Positions 1 through 15,169 of a DNA stretch of 64,000 nucleotides are shown one piece after another. The DNA is from Microbotryum violaceum (taxonomy: Eukaryota), in the NCBI GenBank assembly GCA_001244265.2, contig CDLV01000009.1:62001-126000 (forward strand), written 5' to 3'. The notes below the pieces were generated by a model. The model was given only the letters and a program-made list of their open reading frames with translations. It ran no database searches and had not been told where the DNA came from. Position numbers and translations under genes: made by a program. Within the stretch, counting starts at the first letter, position 1. Every line of letters begins with the position of its first letter.

Positions 1-1204
1 CAGACAGTCGACGAGATAAGCCCATGTCATGGTGCCAGAGTCAGCGAGCCAACTGAGAGGAATACGTAAGATTTGTGTCGGTTTGCCGGGCGCTTGCGCG
101 ACCTCGGCCATAACAGTGAGTAGGGGGCTATTATCACCGGGCCAGCGCCCGCGGAGTGCGGAGCCGGTGTGCTCCATTCTTGGTCAGCTTCGTGGGGTGT
201 AGTCAGTCGACAGTCGATGTCAACGGGAGATTACTGATGCACTGAGGAAGGAGCTGCTGACACGAAGAGAGGTATGCGCTCGCGTGCAAGGAGTTCGCCC
301 GTCAACAGTGACAGAAAAGAGATCAGGTAAGACAACGTGAGACAGTCCGATGAGAGTGTCCGGTCTGTGACATCAGAGCTTGGTGCGTCGTCTGGCTTGC
401 CGAACGCCACGGTGCATTTCCTCTCAGCTTCAAGCACCGTGCAGTGAGCTGGGTACCGCCTGTTGCTCTGCAGTGTTGCCGACTCGGAGGTGCCAGTATT
501 TGACCTCAGCTGCCTGCTCGTCGCAAAGCCCTACTGCGTCTGCTGGCCCTTCATGGTACGACCTTTTTCGGGACGGGGTTCGCGACGGCGACGGCGATGG
601 CAACAGCCTCAGCGTACTCAACAGACTACAGACGACCAGATGGTACTCCGATTGCATCGTGGCGTAGATCGATCATTCGTACCCTCGTTCCGTTCCGATG
701 CAAGTCGTGCACTTTCGTTGAACCTTCTCTACATCTCTGCCCTGTTCAACTCTGGCAAGCGGCTCCGTCGCAATGACACGATCTCTTGTGCAGATGCTGG
801 CATCTCCGAGTCGGAGCGGCGGACTTCATTCTCTATGGCTTCCTGTCTGAGACTACTATCAAACAATGCCCTTGCCAAGGCGTGCAACGCCGGCTGGTAT
901 AATTTCCGCACATTCCCAGGGGGTTGAACGCCTTGGCAAGGTCTTTGTGCAATAGTAGGAAGCCAACGAGGATGGAGTCCACTCGATGCTAGCACCTGCA
1001 CAAGAGGTCGTCTCATTGCGACGCTCGCCCACCAGAGACTAGTAGGGCAGGACGCATCGGAGAAGGTTGAATGATAATGATAATTGGAAAGCGCACGAGC
1101 TACATTGGTTCAGAATCCAACCCGGAGGCAAGTAATTATACTTGTAGTCGTGGACGGGAGTCGGTCCTTCCTTCCTCGAAGAAAGCAGAAGAGACTACGA
1201 GCAC

Positions 1205-1575
1205 TGCAGCTTCATCCTTATCCAGCTGATCCATCCTTGTGCAACTCTGATCAGAGGTGAGCAAGGGGAAACCACCTTCCTTTTCGAGGCTACCCACGAC
1301 AAGAATATCGAACGACGTGTTTGAGTTCCGGGCATCCCAGGGTTCAGCGGTACTGGGTCAAGAACGGGACCTCGTATCGTCAGCGCCGAACGTCGTCTTT
1401 CTCCCATCTGAGGTCGTTGACATGAACCGGCCGCCGTTAGAGCCTGACCCAGTCGCCGTACCCTCGGATGCCCGGAACTCAGACATATCGTCCGATATTC
1501 CGGTCGTGGTCAGCCTCGAAAAGGAAGGTAATGTTCCCTTGTTCACCTTTGATGAGCTGGACAAGGCTGAAGCTG
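1205..1575. repeat. Long imperfect inverted repeat (arms ~1205-1361 and ~1444-1575, loop ~80 nt); candidate hairpin RNA locus
   Basis: CCTTCCTTTTCGAGGCT in the left arm pairs with AGCCTCGAAAAGGAAGG in the right arm, and TGAGTTCCGGGCATCC pairs with GGATGCCCGGAACTCA. Opposite-strand ORFs 1195..1407(-) and 1468..1863(+) share MPGTQT..ASKRKV..PCSPL. Confidence 0.85.
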
Positions 1576-2470
1576 GTTTGGAACGTTGTCTTTCCCGAAC
1601 GCAAACAGTCCACGACAAATATGCTCTTTAGTGAATACACCGTACCGACTCTAGATAGTCTGTTCGGCGATCCATTCACTGTGACTTACGTTGACTCGCA
1701 TCTCAGAATGCCACTGCGGAGACCACCTCACTGGATTCCACACGATCGCGCGATTCAGCACTCGTTGTCTACTTTTAGGGGCTCGGGCTCGCGATTTTCG
1801 GTCCTTATACGGGCTGAGATTGAGCAAAGCACACCTAGACAGCGATTATACCAGTTAGAATAAGTCATCAGAGGTTTTAACGTTCGCGCGCGTCTGCTGT
1901 AGCACCGATATAAGATGCTTCTCGCACAATGCCCACCCCTCAGCACCCGCTCCTGCACAGATTGGCCGGCCGCGGGTTACCTCTGTTGTACCGCACGCAT
2001 AAGGCGCAGACAGCGTGTGGAGAGCGAACCGCATTGCGATCGCAGGCGAAAACATTGACAAACCATCGAACTACTGATGGGAGTCAAGAAAGCGAACGCG
2101 AGACGGAGAACAAGCTCAAACAGCAACTAAAAAAGCACTTCAAGACGATTAACGGTATTAACGGTAGAAAGCTAGAAGCCGAAGCCGGAGGAGACAAATC
2201 AGAGGTGCAGTGGTTCCGAAACATGTTGACAGATCAGCACAGAGGATATAGAGGCTTCAGAAGCGCGGATAAGTGTGGGATGAGCTGCAGAAGAAGATGA
2301 GTGGCGGACCACCGGAGCCATGGTCACAGCTCCACATGGCCCTGCGTTCCTCCCAAATTGTCTCGGGCACCGCGGCGTTGGGCCTGTCATTTTTGACAAG
2401 TGATGTACGCCTCTCAGCTGACATGGCACGGCCAAGGCTGTCAGACACGGTCAAGAATCAGAGTCCATGC

Positions 2471-3631
2471 TTACTCTTCTCTGACAGCAATACCGCGCAG
2501 GTGCATCAGAACGCACTGGCGGTAATGCCAGCCGAGACACTTGTGACTGGGATAGTTGGCGCGCGACCCACGAAAATGCGAGCGAGGGACCACCTTCCCG
2601 TAATACGCGAAGTCGGTGTCGCTACTCGGATAGAAGTAGTGCACGACCAAGTTGCCGTCCTTAACCGAGATACGGCGCATGTAGCAGCGAGTCAGTCGAA
2701 GGGTCGGTACGACGCAATGAGAGGGGGTGCAGAGACAATCACGCCGAAACTCACTCCCAAGGGATAGAAGGCCCATTCGTAGCGCTCCCACGATTCATGC
2801 AGGCGCTTTGACAGGAAGAGACCGCATGGACTGAGGTAAGGCCAGACCACGTCGAACTGCTCCCAGATCTGCCGGGCCAAGCGGAGTATCAGTACATGTG
2901 ACCACATCAGCGGAACACTAAAGCACTGTCAATGAACTCACATCCAGCCGTGAAATGGGTATAATGTGTGCGGCTACGCAACCCTTGTAATCTTCCTTCG
3001 AAACGATACACTCACCATCACGCGAGAGAAGTCCTTCAAGGTAATTGTTCTGTCAGGTGGTCACAGTCGTTCGGGCGGATTCGATGGCAAATTGTTAAGC
3101 TCATATCAAATAAAGTGTGGACAACAGTGGGACAACAGCCTGGCAACGGTGGACTCACCTGGTAGCGAGCTGCAATGGTGGGACTGGTGGAATTTTTCGT
3201 ATCATCTGCGCCCGAGTGACGCATCGAGGGCATGCTGCCCAGCTTATTGCCGATGGGGCCAGTCGAAAGAGTTACATATTCGCCGTCTGGAGCGCGGACA
3301 TGGTCTGACATTAGTGCACCATCAGCTGCGCTGGAGGCGAGGCGAGGGGCGTCGGCTCACGATTAGGAACAAAAGTGTAAGTGCCTGCGACCGGCGGCGT
3401 CATCGAAGTCACGTCGACCCAAGAGCCCTTCTCATCCTGCAGACGGCCGGCTTCGTTCACATACATGCTGGATATCTCAGTGATATAATGCCAGTGATTG
3501 GTCTCTGACGATTGCAGCCAACTGAGGGGAAGGGCGGCGATCCGGACCGACTTTGACTCGTCGCGGACGTTGGCGACGACGGCCACGCATTTGCCCCAAA
3601 GCGTGAGGAACGCCGAATCGGTAAAGATCAT
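2471..3631 (-). CDS. HNH_2 (His-Me finger) endonuclease-like protein, ~5 exons
   Basis: Spliced by eye with GT..AG introns: MIFTDSAF...RDGECIVS..CVAAHIIPIS...CGLFLSKRLHESWERYEWAFYP...WHYRQCVLMHLRG. This matches the fungal HNH_2 pattern RD..C..AAHI.P / G..L...H..(F/W)D / H..C. Confidence 0.75.
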
Positions 3632-4269
3632 CACAGCGGATCTTTTCGGATGAGAGTTGATGGGCAGCAGTGGGAAGACGTGCTCCGGGTGGCGGCTTGA
3701 CGAGTGCCGCCGGTTGCGAGGCGTGACAAATAGTGCAGGCGAGCGCAGGCGTTTCTGATGAGGGTCGTCTATGTTTTAGAAGACTAAGCCATATTCCTAT
3801 TCTCGCTCCTTGTGCAGGCTGGGGAGCGGACTGGTGGAGAAGGGCAGAGAGACGCAGAAGGTGGCAAAGCAAGGCAGAGCTGCAGAGCCTACGCGCAAGC
3901 CTGTGAAGGCATGTGGAGGCAAGTGAAGGCACGTGACACGCGTGACATCTCGCGACGTGCTGGACGCGGGCTGACGCGCTGCGACGTGCGCATGTCGGGA
4001 TTCACGGTAAGCCGGAGAAAGTTTTCAGACCTTCCTATTAGCTTATAGGCGCGCGGCGCTTTCTCAGTGCTTTCGACCGCTTTTGACCCCTTTCCGGCTC
4101 TTTCGGCTCGAACTTTTGAAGCTTGAGCGCTTGGGGACGTGAAGGGTCACTTCGTCACACACAGGCCACTCAGGCTTCTCCATCTCGCCGCTGTGCGCTG
4201 AGGGGCAATCCTGCCTTGGGACTACTGTCTGCATGTCGCTTTTGCCGCACCACCTCCCCACTGCCGCGC

Positions 4270-4692
4270 CCCCCTGCCACATTCTCGACTGCCGCCTGTC
4301 GGTGAACCCGGCAACAAATTCACTGCGATGACGACCTCGGTGTGCGCTGGTCGTACTTTGGGACGTGCGGGCTCTCGCTTTCTAGACGTTTGCAAAGTCG
4401 TTCGACCGCTACGAACGGGCTCTCTATCCCTTGGGGGTCAGTTCTCCTGGTTCAATCTTCAAGGTTTGCGCCTCTTCTCTCCTTCCATCGGATTTTAGAC
4501 TGACTCGCTTCCGACATCGCAGGACGGCAACTTTGTCGTCCACTACTTCCACCCGAGTAGCGACTGCGACGTAGCGTACCACAGCAAAGTCATCCCCCGC
4601 TCTCATTTCCGCGGTTTCAAAGGGAAGCTACCTGGCGAAGCTTGTGTCCGCTGGCATTACTGCCAGTGTGTCTTGATGAACTTGCGAGACAT
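4270..4692 (+). pseudogene. Internally deleted, frameshifted inverted paralog of the HNH gene at 2471-3631
   Basis: Encodes PGNKFTAM / VRWSYFGTCGLSLSRRL-[1-nt deletion at ~4394]-KSFDRYERALYPLG / intron / DGNFVVHYFHPSSD..KVIPRSHFRG..WHYCQCVLMNLR. The AAHIIP exon is missing. Confidence 0.75.
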
Positions 4693-5326
4693 CGCCGTGT
4701 GTGGACTACGGTCTTGGTCTTGCATCCGCCCCGCCTTGTCTTCGGGAACCTAACAGCTCTTTACTACATGCCGTGTGACACATTTGTGGTCACAACGACA
4801 ACCTTACCGAGCGGGACCGGCGACGACAGCGAATTATATGATGACGTGGAAACATAGATGGACCAGAGCAAAGTCACTGGCGCTTCGTCGCTTATCCTGC
4901 TCCAACAAGCTTACCTTCCCAATCTTGCGCTCGTGCTCGATCCCTTGAGTCATGATCCATTCCTCCAATCTTCTGACGACCTTCATCCATCGCCCGCCCG
5001 CAACCCTTCTCCGCACTGCGCAAGTTAGATTCTGCACGCCCTCTACCGGTCCACCCCTGCCGCCACTTCAGTCGTGCTCTCGACTCTTTCCATTCTCTTC
5101 GTCGTACCCTACTTTCAGCATGTTCCATTGACGCCTCTGTAATCGTCAGCCCGTCCGCTGCGCTTTTCAGCTCGCCGCTGTGGGTCCGCGCGTTTTCTAC
5201 GAGCCCCTGTCTTTTTCAACCAAAAAGTCTTGACGGGGAAAGCAACCCCTAACGCTTTGAAATGCAGCAGCTATGACACGGGTAAAGTACGAAGTAGGTC
5301 TGGAGCTTAGAACGATTTAGCGCCGT

Positions 5327-7794
<2,468 letters not shown>

Positions 7795-9965
7795 CGAAAG
7801 ACGTATAAGCAAAGATCGAAAAGCTGTTGTAAAAGTGCGCAAGAGTGAAGGTGGACTGGCGGGCGAGCGCGGAGGGGATGTCGGATGTCGAAGCGCGTGG
7901 ACGACGCGTCGGTGAGTGCACGGTTCAACGACGCGATGACGTCAAGTCGGGCAAAAAAACAGATCCTGATTGACAACAGACAGAAGATGAAGCAATGTCG
8001 TGGGTAAGCGATCTGGATGCTAGCAATGTTGTGCGCCTGTGAGTGGTGCGGTCGAGAGAAAGTGGATCGCGGTCGCGACGGTGGCTCGTCTCGCGTGGTG
8101 ATGTCCCCCACGCCGTCTAATCACGTGACTATCTTCGGGCCCGTCGGTCACCGGAAATGATCCAAGCCCGAATCCGTCGGGGTGCGTTCGACGCTCTCCG
8201 TGCTCTGTGCTCCGAGATAGGAAAAGAAAAAACCGCTTAGTCGACGCGTCATCACATGCTCCCTGTCTGCGGCTCGAGCACAAGCGGGGACTCTCTGGGA
8301 CTCTGAGGCTCGTCCGAGTCGGCTTCACGTTCGCGCGCGCCAACGCTCCTTTCCCTCTCCCCAATCACTCGCGCCACGCGCACCACTTGACCCGCCTCGA
8401 CTCGACTCGGCTCGGATCCCACTACACCACAACGCTCTACCCACATCACCCAATCAGCAAGATGCAGCTCGGCCACTCTCGACGGACGCTCGACGTGTGC
8501 CTTTGTGCGGGCTCACGCGGGCACGGTGCGACGTCGCACGATACGACTATCAACGACTCCAAACTCGCCATCTTCAGCAAGTTACGCTGAACAGCTTGAT
8601 CTGAAAGGGCGTGGTCACTTTCAGCTGCGTCCCAACTACGTCGATGCATCGCTCGAGCGTTCTCGGTCGGACACGTGCTCGGTCAACGCATCGCTTCGAT
8701 CACCCTGAACGCCCGCTCGCTACTCGACCGATGGGTGTGGTGAGCCCTTCATTCAGATAGTCCTCAGCTCTCGCTCCATTCGCTCACCTCATCTTTGTCT
8801 TTGCTGCTCATCACCCTAGTTCAGATCGCGGGTTGGCCGACTCGCTGGCATCCGCCGAGCTTCGCACCGAACCGCACGACCATATTCTACGATCACGATG
8901 CGACTCCTTGATCAGCACCATTGAAGAGATGCTTACCCTTTCTCAGGCCTCGATTCGATGTACACGTCACTTGATCCTTGTCGCCCTACCCCCGAACACC
9001 ACTTTCGACCTGTGACGACCACCTCGGCCAGCCCCGCATCGTTCACTCGCGTCGTCAACATTGACCGATCGCTCGAGTGCAATCACTCGTTGTCACATGA
9101 ATCGAAGAGTCTTATCGACGCGGCAACGGAATCTGTTGGAGCATGTATTGCACCACTTGGCGAACATTTGCTCGATGCCCGTTCGAAGCTTCGCACCCGT
9201 CATCGACCTTCGATCCGATCGTGTCTTTGGGGTCATGCTGTACAAGTTCGACGACAGCGCCTTTACGGATGGGAGCGGACGATTAAGCTCGGTGTTGATC
9301 CCGTCGACTTCGAATTGCACGGCCAAGTCGACGGTCGGCACCTGGAAACGAACACGGATGTAGTAACGTATTTAGCGGCGAATATGCGGACGAGAAGTGC
9401 TTTTTGGCGGCTCACCGAGATGTTGCCAAAGGAAGAAGAAAATGCGATGGGGTGACGGACGATCACGCTTCAACGGACGAAAGCGGGAATCGGAGGATTG
9501 AGGGATTTGCGCGCTTTCGAGGGTATGCTGAACATCTCACCCAGCTCTGCAAACGCGGTGCGCCACTTGGCGTTTTTGTGCAGTCCGACTGGGCGTCCAG
9601 CCGTGTTTGAGTAGTCGAGTCTGCCAAGTCATTGGTCGACTAGCTCAATTTGTGCTATTATGCATTGTGCTTTGAGTATAATCATTTACACTAGCCGTAG
9701 TGGCCTCGGCGACTTTGGCGCGCGCGGCGGCCCACTGCTTCTTCGCCCTCAGGCCAGAACGAATGTACGGATCGGTCCACTTGATTGTAGGTACACAACT
9801 GGATCAGATGATACTGATGCTGTCGAACAATTATTTGAGTAGACTCATTTTGATTCTGTAAGGAGAACATGATAGCATGTGTATTGCAGTGTTTATGAAG
9901 ATTTGAAATTGTCATGCCCGTACCGCAACCCCATGTCCGTCCACTTGTCGGTCGCGGTTGCGGAC

Positions 9966-10033
9966 ATGGCTGGGAGATGTCAATGGCTGGGAGATGTCAA
10001 TGGCTGGGAGATGTCAATGGCTGGGAGATGTCC
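9966..10033. repeat. Minisatellite, 4 x 17 bp (ATGGCTGGGAGATGTCA)
   Basis: Four adjacent copies without spacers (the last ends in C), bracketed by the inverted pair TGCGGACAT/ATGTCCGCA. Confidence 0.9.
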
Positions 10034-10336
10034 GCACACATCCGACCCACACCGCGGCTTCGCTCGCTCCGAAGTGGTCTGTGACAGAAGACAAGTGGCT
10101 GTATAGAGTAAACTCATTGCATCAAATAATCATCCTCGAGTGGTGATTTTGCAAGTCAAAGGCCATGTATAGTGAAAGTCATGAACGCCGGCCCGGACGC
10201 GACTAACAAACGCCTTGAGCCGGTCGGTGACAAGTTCCATCGTTGAACGGTCACCCGCCTTCCTCTCTCCCTGTACACGGTCACCCTCAGTCCGTGCTCG
10301 GTGCTTTCGAGATGAGCCACCGCGTTACCTCTTATA

Positions 10337-12710
10337 ATGCCTCAACCTGATCTGTCTGACCCACCTCTTCTGCCGTCGTCAAGGCGTAGCGCCCACGAGA
10401 TGCACGGCCACGACTGGCGCAAGACGGGCCCTTCCGATTCGAACCTCAGCCACCCCTCAGCTAGAGAGCACCTCGAACCTCAACCACCACTTCCCACCGG
10501 ATCATGTAGTCCTATTGCGGCATTGCACGACGCCACAGTCGATGACCGTGTGCATCAAGCCCTCGTCACCTTTCTCGGCGAGCATGAACTGGCGAACAAG
10601 GTGCTGGCCAAGGCCGCCACGCTCTTGGAAGATTTCCCCCATCCCATCTTCTGCAGCGGCACGCCCGAATGCACGGCGACAATTCACGACTGGCGCATCC
10701 GTGTGCTTGAACCTCTTCTCAAGTTTCTCCTACGTCACTACACTCACAAGACGACCGGTTCGCCCGTGGATCCGGATCAATATCGCCTGACCTTCACCAC
10801 TCCCGACGCGTCCCGACCGTCAGGGATCACGCTCGACCTCCTCGAGCAGAATCATCGCAGCCACACTTCAAGCCTTCCGATCGTTTTCGAACATGATTCC
10901 AGCTTCTAGTGCTTTGGACCGCAGCCGAATCTGTTCGCGCGTGAGGGACGATGCAAATTCTCTCTCGAGCAAACGGATCCCATCCCGCTGGACCCGAGCA
11001 TCAGGAGTCACGGTGCACAGGTAATGCTGAACAGGGTCAGTTAACAAATTCCTTCTCGAACAAAGTATGGCCACCGTTGCTAATGCTGTGTGCCCGCTGG
11101 ATCTCTAGCTGGCCGTATCGATGGAGTTGGCCGTCAAACGAAATCCGCAGACCGGGGAGATCATGTGTGCGCCTCGATTCGGCATGCTGATCAGCTCGCG
11201 TATGAGCGTCCTAGCCGAAGTCGTTAAGCTTCCGTATTCCAATTCGTTGCGGTGCCGCAGTTTCTCCCAAAGTTAACGCCATCTTTTGACATCCAGTCGA
11301 GAATCCTCAAAACGCTCAAGAGATTGGCTTTCTGTTCTCTTCAATCCTTCTTGATCCAGACGACGAAACGCAGAGTCGTGGCGGTCTACCTCTGCCTTTC
11401 CTCTTCAACCGCCGTTCTTCGACGCGTCTTGCTCTTGCAGCGCTGGTGGACTTCCTCACTCATACTCGAGCTCCTTCCGCCGAGACAGTTGCGCGACTGT
11501 TCGGTGGTCCTTCGATCGACAAGCAGGAATGGAGACAAGTTTGGAAGCAAAACTGGCTACTAAAACTCCAATCTACACCGATGCAAAAAACTCCATCGTC
11601 GTCGGTTGAGGTTTGGAATGGCAGTCTCTTTGCCGTGCGGGCGGGGCTCGCCCAAGGCGACAAATCAGTGAGTGCCGAGCCGGTTTGCTCCAACTTGCGT
11701 ACTAGTCAGATCCGCTCAACCATTGACCGGGTCCTCCGTCTGTATTTTTCATCTTCAGCTACGGTTTATCTGCAAACCTCAAGGACGTATGGGACGTTTC
11801 CTCGTGATAATTGTGATGGAAGCGATCAAATTCAAGGTTTTCCAGAACCGCAGTCAGCTGATGCACAGTTGTATCGCCGGTATAAACCAAGTCGTCGTCT
11901 GAATGCGCTGCCTCCGCCCTTGGTCGCCTTTCTCGAGCGCGGTACTCAGCCTCGTGAGGGGTCCAAACGACTGCGTCGCTTATCAGAGCTCGAGGTCGAA
12001 GATCCTGAATTACTGCCTGCGCTGGAAATTCATCAACTGATAGCTATGGGCGGCGCTGGGTGGGTATATGGTGGCAAACTCTCTCAAGCTCCCTCACAAC
12101 TCCAGCCCAACCTGCCAAACGTCGCTTCGGTGGACGAACCAAAAACGTCTTCCTCTGAACTTGAGCTCGAACATCGACACGTGTCCCGTCCCAAGCGGCA
12201 GCTACCTACCAGGAAGAGCCATCTTCCATTCGACGAGCCGATTATCATCAACGCCTTCCGTCCGGACCATAGGGACTCCGTCATATAGGAATCCTTCTTT
12301 TACGAGAAGGTTTTCCCCCTCTTATCGCCCGAAGCTCAAGCGGTACTTGCTCACTATTACGGGGCCTTCCGGTCCACGGATGGCAGCGTTTACATGCTCA
12401 TTTTGGGGTTTTCGGGTCGTCAGATCGAAGAGAAGGACTGCACCGACGAGAAACGTGCCAAAATTGCATGAGTTGACTCGTACTGCTGGTTCTTCTTACC
12501 TCCTCTCATCTGACACTGTTGGCTCATGGTGCGCCAACCTTGTTACGATGACGCAGAGCGGCTTTCGAGCTTCTTGTCCAGCAGGGTGTCGCACATGGTG
12601 ATGAGAAGGAACAAAATATTTTGGTTCGAGACGATGACTCGATCTGCATCATCGATTTCGACTGCGCCAGACTCGATTTTGATCCCGAAGTTTTGCGCGA
12701 TCCGGTTTGA
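10337..12710 (+). pseudogene. Disrupted lineage-specific protein-kinase-like gene
   Basis: Gly-rich IAMGGAGWVYGG (~12040-12075) and catalytic-loop-like GVAHGDEKEQNILVRDDDSICIIDFD (~12583-12662). Several in-frame stops and frame breaks separate ORFs 10337..10909, 11446..12288 and the C-terminal part. Confidence 0.6.
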
Positions 12711-14086
12711 GTGAGCGGCTCACGTCGCTCGCACGGCGCTCAAGGGCTTCGGGTCCTTCTTCGACCTCGGGCGATGATTTGATCATGTTGTGATTTGGAA
12801 TGACAGAGGAAGTAAAGTTCATCGGGAATATGTGATATGGTATTTGAATCTTATCCACTCACCCCGCAACATAAAAGGCATGCGTTCGACACAGTGACAA
12901 ACTTTGCATCATGCGCAGCCTCCTAAGCGCAAGTTCCAATCAAGGTCGAGTGATTGCCTACTGCCGACAATATTACACCTGACGTCATGCCATGCCTGCA
13001 GCAGTGACAGCAGGCCTTTGTTACCATACAAAGAGAGTGAAATGCTTAATACAGGCAGTGACTCATGTATTGAATTTCAGTTGTGCCGGTTTATAGCGCG
13101 TCGACGCAGCATGATCTTCAAGTTATTGGCCAGCTGAACCGGCGCGGTACCGGTGCGACAAAAATCGTCGACTCGGCGGTCGATCGGGATCTTTCCCACC
13201 TTTTGACCTCCAATACTCTCCTCGTCCTCGTCATTTGAGGGCATTCTGCCCCAGAGCTTTGTTCAGTCAGGATTTCCTGTCCTCGGTCCAAATCGCTAAG
13301 AGGGTGTAAGAAGGTATACGATGGACGGGTGCGCACGAACTCTTCGTTCACGGGATCCGTGCGCTCGCTCCGAGTCGACGATGCTGCTCTCGAGCCACGC
13401 GTCGTTACACTTCTGGCAAATCGTCGTTGACGTATAGGTTTAACAGGGATGTGTTTGACTTTAGTCGTAACACTTTCGAAAGACTAAAGCGTTCAGCGTG
13501 GTCTAGCGTGGTAGCGACACGTCCGTCAAGGGTTCTCATATATAGGATCAAATCTGATCCGATCCTGATCCTAGCTGGGCAGGATCAAGATAAGATAGAT
13601 CAAGCCTCGGAGAAAAAGAAAAAAAGGTGGGGGGGTGAGGCGATGTAGCGTCGTTACTTGCAGTGGTAGATAGCCCTTTAAATGATACCTGTCGTTCACA
13701 AGAGCGCGCTACAGGGTATGTACCACTATCCGACATGTCCTTTGTTACACAAGTCTAAACTGACTATAAACTTATGTTTGCATTTTGTAGATGTCATGCG
13801 AAACCCACCTGCACCGGCGAGGGCAACGCGCGCAATCGGAGCTCATTAAAAAAGGCGAATATGTGAGGTGATCATTTCGGATGATGATAATGATAGTGAT
13901 TCCGACAAAGATGAGGAAGATAGTTATGGGCACAATAGTGGTGGTAGTAGTGAGAATGATGCACTCAACACCGATATCGATAGCGACAACTAGTGAGATG
14001 TAGTCATCAGTTGCCATATAAGGCAGTTAAATGTCTCGGATCAAATTGATCCTTCTGGATAGGATCAAGAAAGGATAGATCAACGC

Positions 14087-14679
14087 TAAGCTCGACGCCC
14101 CTCCCTTTGGGAGGGGCTTGTGAGTTATCGGCGCGTTTGGCCCAGTTGCCCTCCGAAATTTTGGCCCTGAAAAGTGCCCCATTGCTGTAGCATGGCATAT
14201 ATTGGTGCTATCTGAAAACTGGAGGGATACGTCTTTACTCCATCTCTATTGATGAGGCTTTACCGAAGCTTGAAGTATAGGAACGCTTGATCATCTCGCT
14301 ACAGCAGCTTGAATCAAGTGATTCCGAACGAGACGCAGGTCGGCGGACGGACCGACCAGTCGTAGTCCAGTCCGAGGCTCGCCGATGATGAGAGCGCCAA
14401 CTACATGATGCGCTCGGACCATCTGAGGCCCGATCGACCGAAATCGCAGACTTCGGATCGCTGTAGCTCCACCCACAGCTGATGAAAGCTCTCTCCACTT
14501 GGGGTATGTCATTTTTAGAGCATAAAGAAAAATAGGATCCCTCACTTTTGCATGAATGTAAGTATTTGCCAAGTTACAGAAAACCACTCTAAAATGGCCC
14601 TGAAATTTCGGAGGGCATCTGGGCCAAGCGCGCCGATAACTCGTAAGCCCCTCCCAGAGGGAGGGCTTAGTTGAGCTTA
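14087..14679. mobile_element. Nested MITE with ~75-bp TIRs and 9-bp TSD (Mutator-like by TSD length)
   Basis: TAAGCTC..CCCTCCCTTTGGGAGGGGCTT..GAGTTATCGGCGCG..GCCCTCCGAAATT at the left end, with its reverse complement at 14603-14679. Direct repeat GATCAACGC at 14078-14086 and 14680-14688. Confidence 0.8.
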
Positions 14680-15169
14680 GATCAACGCGGATCGAGAAAA
14701 AGAAAGAACTGATCTGATCTGATCCTCCGGTGATCTGATCCTATGAGAACAGGACCCCCGAAAGCCCAGCCAGAGGCGCATGCGAAAAAACGCCCTTTTC
14801 TGGCCTTCACCCTAACTAGTAAAAAAAAAGTGTCGATCCGCGACCATAATCGCTGCTTTTTGACTGTATTGCGGTCCGGAGGGCCGCCTGTGGTGAGTAC
14901 CAGTGCAGTATTGCGTCTGCCGCACCTGTCTGTGATATTGGCGTCCCGACCAGAAGTCATGTACGACCCTTTCTGCATTTTCTGCACCATAAAAGTCGAG
15001 CTACAGCCCGAGGACAGTTTTTGTTGATTTTTGGCGGGGTGCGCAACTATTGAGCAGTTTGTGTAATCCCGAGTATCGACAGCTACTTGAAGGGTCCGAT
15101 ACCGGTCAGTCTCTCCAGTCCGTCGTAGGCCCACATGCTGAACTGTTCGACCCACCTACATAGAAGCGG

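Noticed and set aside
1-1100. Minus-strand ORF pieces (729..1016, 430..657, 231..437)
   Set aside because: Possibly a decayed gene, but there is no recognisable motif and no consistent gene model could be built.
7900-8250. ACGCGT (MCB-like) motifs upstream of CDC7 at 7904 and 8244
   Set aside because: Plausible, but ACGCGT occurs many times elsewhere in this CpG-rich window, so enrichment cannot be claimed.
8750-9650. Short minus-strand ORFs with intron-like signals
   Set aside because: Interrupted by stops with no identifiable domain; cannot support a call.
9966-10033. Possible CRISPR-like array
   Set aside because: The repeats are directly adjacent with no spacers, the context is eukaryotic, and there are no cas genes.
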